This document shows, in pieces, positions 57,543-64,000 of a stretch of DNA of 64,000 nt (positions are counted from its first letter, which is position 1; the number at the start of each line of letters is the position of its first letter). The position numbers and the translations under genes are program-made. The stretch covers positions 67,146,001 to 67,210,000 of the forward strand of contig NW_024704746.1 in NCBI RefSeq assembly GCF_018977255.1. Reading direction: 5' to 3'. The DNA comes from Callorhinchus milii. Lineage: Eukaryota. The notes beneath the pieces are model-generated. The model made no database searches and was not told the DNA's origin. It saw only the letters and a program-made list of their open reading frames with translations.

Positions 57543-60500
57543 ACCTCCTGCAACAGTGCATGTAGAATATATGATGTTATTTTAATATATTAAAGGTTAT
57601 TATATATATCAAAGATACTGGAGTCCCCCCCCCCCCCCACCACCCCTCCTTTCTGTTCCTTTTTTTTTGCAAAATACTGTATATAATGATAATAATCCTT
57701 GCGTTTGATACAGCGTCCTATCACGTCTTCGAGGCGTCTCAGAGCGCTTCACAGGAACACGCTGCAAACTGGATTGACTGTGTATTTTGTGGGCGAAACG
57801 TACGTACAAAATATTTCACAGAATACACAGTCGATCCACTTTACATTATATCCCGTGAAGCGCTTTGAGATGTCTCAGTGACGTGATAAGGCGCTGTATC
57901 AAATGCAAGGATTATTATTATTATTTTATTATTATTATTATTATTATCTCTCCCCTTACCTTCCCGCACTCCCAAAATATCGTTGCACTTCCAACCCTCC
58001 AATTACCCTTCTTTCCACACCCCCTCCTCACCCGCCTCACCTTAGTCCGCTATGGATTATAATAAACAAATTGTCACCGCTCTGCAATTAATTTCAACTG
58101 ATATGTGCTGTTGCAGTGCAAACCTTGAATTGTGGGTACATTTCTATATATTTTATTGATAATCTGCATTGCATTTGGATGCGGTGTAAAATCTTATCCT
58201 CCCTCCCTCCCTCCCTAACGATGACAAACATTTGCTTCTGCAATGCCCCTTTTTTAGATTAAAAACAAAGAGTTTTTATGCAAAAAATATTATTAAATAG
58301 CTGTTGCAAGTCCAAGACCTGTTATATTGTATTGTCTTATTCGGAGGAAGCAGTCGACTGAATCCGATGTGTGATTTCGCTTCCAAATGGTTTGCTGTTT
58401 ATTTTCGCTTGGATGTCACTTTTCTTAAAAAAAAGGCACTTATGTTATTTATATTTCATTTTGATTTATTTATGATGGTGCAATTTTGCTTTAAGGTGGG
58501 CTGTTGATATTGACTTTAATGTCCTGCGGTTTCTGTGAGTGTGTGTGTGGTGTGTGTGTGTGTGTGTCTGTGTTTTTTTTCTTAAAAAAAATACCCCAAA
58601 AAGTAAATTCTCTGTGGTCATACTCTCGTGAAAATTTTCCCGTGGATTTTCAATGGAATAGATATATATTATTTGGCTTTCAGTGGTGCGCGTGGGTGGG
58701 GGGGGGAGAAGGTGGGAGAGGGGGGGAAAAGCCCTGTGATATTAATGCTTTGCAGATTCATATATAATGTACGAACATACACACACAAAGCAGAGAATTA
58801 TTGCTTGTAGATTAGTCATTGGGGGAAGTCTATGGCTCTTTCAGTGATGCCTTGTCCACGCCTTGTGAATTAGTTGGACCTGGAAGGACAGACCAGTCAC
58901 TGGGGGCAGGGAATCCTCCCCCCTCGGCTCCTGTTAACCCCGCAGCCAAAGCCCTAACTAACGGGAGGGTGGTCCGAGCCGGACAAGCGAGAGACAGCGA
59001 GAGAGAGAGAGAGAGAGAGAGAGCGCACACAATCCAATCCCAACAATCTCTCTCTGGGATTGCCATGTGTAGGAGGGATGCAGGGGATTCTCAGTTTGGT
59101 TTGGAGACTCTTAAGCAACGGTGACGGGTTTCCGAGTGTGTCTTAACCCACCGGAAAAAATTGTTTGACCACAATGACTGGAAAATGCACCCCGACAAAT
59201 ATACATGGTGGTGGTGGTGGTGGGGTGGTGGTGGTGGGGGGGGAAGGGAAGGGAAGGGTTTCTGTAGCTGTACACTTGAGCTGAGCGTTTCGTGGGATGT
59301 CACTGTCCGCAAACCGACTGCCACAAAATCCACAATCATTACGCTTTACAGTGAAGCGCTCTGAGCCGTCTCGACGACGTGATTAGGCGCTGCGTCAAAC
59401 GCGAGGGTTATTATGATCAAAGTGCTGTACGGAGCCATTGCTTGAAAGCCTGCCTTAACGTGAAATAAATATCCTCTCGCAGTTTGTCAGAGGTTCCTGG
59501 CTCACCAGGTGGTGGGTTCAAGCCCCGACGTCGGAGGACTTTTGAGCTCGTAGTCAAGACAGCGTTGAGTTGCTGGAGGTGTCACCTTTTGATTATTAAA
59601 CCGTAGCCCTGTCCCCCTGCTGTTCCGATAATAATAATAATAATCCTTACATTTGATGCGGCGCCTTATCAGGGCTTCGGGACGTCTCAAAGCGCTTCAC
59701 GGAATGTACTGTAAAGTGTAGTGACTGGGTATTTTCGTGGGGCGAAACACGGCAGCCAATTGCGCCCGGCAGCGTCCCCATTAGCAGTCGTGGATTAAGT
59801 GACCGAATACATTTGTTTTTTTGGGGTTTTTTTTGAGCGATTATTGCTCCGGGAAAGGGACCCGCGAATGAATTCACAACCGGGTCGCTACTTACTGCTG
59901 GTAAACAGAGGCGAGCGTCCGTGGTGCGTGTGTGTATGTGTGTGTCTGTGTGTGTTTGCGTGTGGAGTAAGGGAACTTGCCCGAGGTTTCGCCCTGACTG
60001 GGTGTCGAACCCGGGTCCTCTCGCTCGCTTTTTTGGGGGGGACGTTGCAGTGTGAAAAGCGTCAGCCTATTATTTTTTTTTAAAAAAAACAAACCGCGTT
60101 CGTTCCACTTGACGGTGATTGCCGCGAAATGAGTTGCCATGTTCTGTGCCCCAGTAAAAACGAACACGAACCAGTGTTCGTGTCTCATAAGCTTTCAAGT
60201 CGCTTCAAGCGCCTGATGTTCTCTCGCAGATTAAACTCCTTTCCCCTTCGAGTGACGAGAGAGAGCGAGAGAGAGAGAGGAGAGAGAGAGAGGGGTGGGG
60301 GGGCTTCTGTCATCCCAATTTCTTGAGTTCACAATCCTCTTTCTTGCCTTGAAAAGCCCTCCCACGGCCTCGCTCCTCCCTGGACCTCTGTGGCCCGCTA
60401 TCTCCTTACCCGCCAGTCCCCTCCCTCCGCTCAGCGGACTCCGGCCTGCTCCACTGCCCCCCCCCCCTCACCACCCCTCCCCAACCCCTCGCCCACCCCA

Positions 60501-61459
60501 CCATCAGCGGTTAGACCTTCAGCCTCTCTGCCTTCTCCCCCAGCGCTGCATTGGAGAGTCAGCCAAGACTCCAAGATTTTACTGACCTCCTCCTCCCCCT
60601 CCGGGTTGAGGGGGAGTGGGAGGTCAGTAAAATCTCCTTGAATCTGAGTTGGCTCCAATGAGATGTGTTTGGCAAGGGAATGTCGGAATGGAGCCAGCCC
60701 TCTGCTGACGGTCTTTCGTCTTGGTTCCTGAGCCGGGAGGGGGGTGGGGGGGGGTGGTCCGAAGTTCTCCAGGGCAGGGAATCATTTTGTTTCGCTGTCA
60801 GAGACGTCTCGACAACGTCTTCGGGACGAGCTTCGCACGATTATGCTGTGAAGTGAATGAATTGACTGCATTTTGTGGGCGAAACCGTCAGGACCGGCGC
60901 AGTCGGCCTCCCTCTCGCCTCTTGAGCCGCGACTCGGATACTGTCGGAGACGCCGTCCTTCGCACGAGACGTTGAACCTCACTCCCCAGTCTGTGCCTGT
61001 TCAGGCGGACGTTACAGATCCTGCGGCGCTGTTCGAAATGAGAAGGGAGTTCCTCTCTCTCTCTCTCTCTCTCTCTCTCGCGGTGTTATTGATAATAATT
61101 ATTGCCCTCAAGTAAAATCAGTCGCCAACAAAATACACGGTCACTGCACTTTACAGTAAATCCCGCGAAGCACTTTGGGACGTCCTCCTGACGTGAAAGG
61201 AGCTGTACCAAATGTAAGGGTTATTATTATAGCTAATTTAAAAAAAAAAAAAATTGTTTTGAAATGTCTCATTATCCCTCCTCGGGCCCATTACTTTTTT
61301 TTTTACGACCTTTTTTTTATTATCAATAATAAAACTCGCTTCAGTCTCGAGATCAGAATCTGCCGCAGCCAATGATAATGTTTCGCTAACAGCAAAAGAT
61401 TTCTCGCGTTCGACGCGGTAACAGTGTCCGGAAGAGGATCCTCAGGTATTTGCTGCAAA

Positions 61460-61850
61460 GTCCTGTCGCTCGGCGGTTAGAGCGAGGGTTTGATTCCCGT
61501 TCAGGGCGAAATGTTGGGCAAGTTTCCTTACTCCACACGCACACGCACACGCACGCACACGCACACGCACGCACACACGCACGCGCGCGCGCCGCTATTT
61601 ATCCAGCAGTAGGTAGAAACCCGGTTGATAGTCGATTAGCCGATCGCTTTTATGGAGGGTAATAATTCCTTCAAAAGGAAATAAGTAATAAACCAGTCAC
61701 TCACTCCACTTCACTGTGTTTGTGGGGACGCTGCCGTGCGCAATTGCCGGCCGCGCCTCGCTCGCAAAATACGCAGCCAATTCCACCGCACGGTATGTCC
61801 TGCGAAGCGCTTGGAGACCTCGTTAAGGCGCTGGATCGTCCGCAATGTGA
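61460..61850 (+). mobile_element. Dominant-family SINE with an internal (GCACAC)n expansion
   Basis: Degenerate head, core and tail; microsatellite expansion at the CACACGC site. Confidence 0.7.
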
Positions 61851-64000
61851 GGATTGTCCCTACCTTCTGCTTGTTAAATCCTCAATGGGCGGCACCCGTC
61901 GACAATGCAGCGCTCCCACCCCCCCCTCACCCCCACCCTCCACCCCCATAAGCCAACCCCCGTCCCCCCAGCCCCCACCCCACCAGTCGGCTGAATCCAA
62001 CTCTCTCAACAAAGTTGAGAGCTCTACCCCACCCCCCCCCCACCCCCGCCCCGAGCCAACTCAATGCCTTGTTATCGTCTGCGATTTGGGAGGGAGGGAG
62101 GGAGTGAAGTTGGGTGGGGTGGGGTGGTTGGAGGCTCATGTGAAGTATAAACACAGTCACGGACTGGTTGGACCGAATGGCTTGTTTTGATGATGTCTGA
62201 TGATCTACGTAGTTATATCTACTTAAAGATAAATTTGTTTCCTCTTGAGATCGAGTCAGATTGAGTTACTCCGACCAGAAAAAGTCATCGGATTTTGCGC
62301 TGTTCTGGTCAACGGCGGAGGCTTTTTTTACGTTTTATACGCACATCACAGCCCTCACACTCACATTCCACAAACACACGCGCTCTCACGCACTCACACT
62401 CCGCACGCGCGCGCGCACACACGCGCGCGCGCGCTCACACGCGTGCAGTTGAGGCAGACCTGTATTAACTTTTAAGAGATAATATTGATAATAATTATTG
62501 CTTCTGACACAGCGCCTTATCACGTCGTCGAGACGTCTCAAAGCGCGAATTGCCTGTGAATTTCGTGCGTGTGGAGGGGGGGAAAAAAAGGAGATATGTG
62601 GCCTCCTTTGGTGGTGTAAACGTCTGTGGTTGTGGGTGACAGGTTGGCGAGGTTGGTAGCACTCACACCCCTGGGTCCAGCGGCGGGGGGCAGGCCTGTT
62701 GGGGTTCGATGCCAGTCCTGGTTGAGTTTGGGTTTGGATTGAGACATCGAAACAGATGTCCTCTCGGGCTGTTTGGCTCAACGGTAACGACGCCATGATT
62801 TCCGTGAGAAGGTAGTTTCTCCTCCCGGTGTGTCCTCGCCAGTCAACCTTCAGATAAATTAACGTGGAGCCCGGTAGCGTGACGGTTAGAGCGCTCGCCT
62901 CGCAAGCGAGAGGGCTTGGGTTCGATTCCCAGGCAGGACGAAACCTTTGGCAAGTTTCCTTACTCCGCACGGCTCGGTCTACCTAACGGTCAGTAGGAAC
63001 CCGGTTGCTATTCGATCGCTTTCCAGGGGTGATAATCCCTCCCTCCTCCCACCCCCCGAAAAAAAAATCGGGTCACTCAATCCCACGACTGTAGGGATTA
63101 TTGTTATCATTATAATTTTGCGCACAGCAACGGTATGTCTGGAACACACGAGGGAAATTCTCAAGTGTGTTAACAGTGGAATCTACAGGAGGAAATAAAT
63201 TATATAAAACAAAATCTCTGTCGAATTTCCTTTCGTAGGCAATGCTGGTAATTTGAGTCTGGAGCGCGGAGAGGAGGGGTCAGTGTGAAATAAGTGCTGA
63301 GCTAGTTTATTTCAGTCAGGGTGTCGAGCAGATTTTGTGGCTTAATAATAATAATAATCCATGCCTTTTGCCATCTTCGAGACGTCTCAAAGCGCTTCAC
63401 AGGACCCACTGTGAAGTGTGGTGACTGTGTATTTTGTGGGCGAAATGCCTTTCCCCCCACCCCCCCCCCCCTCCCGTCTGTTCAAACTTAATTTGTTGTC
63501 GCAACTGAGTAGATGATACCAATTTTTTTCTCTTTTTTAACTTTTTTTGGGGGGGGGGGGTGTCAGCCGGGCGTCTGACACGAGTGTGGAGCCCCGTCGC
63601 CGTGCTGGAGAGTATCCGAAACCCTTCCACGCGGAAACCCCGGAGGTACCATGCGGTGCAAAATCGCATTTGCGTAAAGCGCCTTTCGAGTCGGGACCAA
63701 CGTTCCCAAAGCGTTGGCGGAGTGTTGGAAGGGAAGATAGACAGATTGCTGGAATGGAATGAGCTCGCGCTCTCTCTCGCGCTCTCTGTCGCGCTCTCTC
63801 TCGCTCTCCCTGGAGGGATGTATCCTGTTTACCTAATTCCAGAAAGTATTAGGCACAGGTTGGCAAGGCCTGGGAAGGGTACGGAGTGCGGGGGTGGAGC
63901 CCAGAGTGTGCGTTGGGGGTAACTACTGGAGTCTAACCAGCTGAAACCACATGGTTTGCCCAGGAGACCTCACCTACCCCCTTCCTTCCGCGCCCCCCCA

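Overview
This is eukaryotic vertebrate genomic DNA, not prokaryotic. Most entries in the six-frame ORF track are spurious (repeats, low-complexity sequence, N-gaps). The window holds the gene block DHTKD1 (+; coding exons 2-17, exon 1 upstream of the window), SEC61A2 (+; all 12 coding exons, 476 aa), NUDT5 (-; 9 coding exons including a 9-nt microexon, 213 aa), CDC123 (+; exons 2-13, exon 1 absent) and CAMK1D (+; exon 1 only). This is the order and orientation I recall for human 10p14-p13. Introns are short and densely filled with a tRNA-headed SINE carrying an L2-type 3' tail, an older Deu-domain-like SINE, L2 and CR1 3' fragments and hAT-like MITEs. That repeat content suggests a cartilaginous fish, possibly a chimaera (inference). 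There are five N-gaps. The most notable observations are: an apparent 1-nt frameshift in DHTKD1 exon 15; two GC-AG introns with identical donors; exons that begin with recursive-splice-like AG|GTRAG junctions; DHTKD1 exon 7 tightly bracketed by inverted SINEs; the NUDT5 microexon; a missing NUDT5/CDC123 bidirectional promoter; and several candidate conserved non-coding elements. I found no convincing evidence of a wholly new biological system. Comparisons to human orthologs are from memory, not from a database search.
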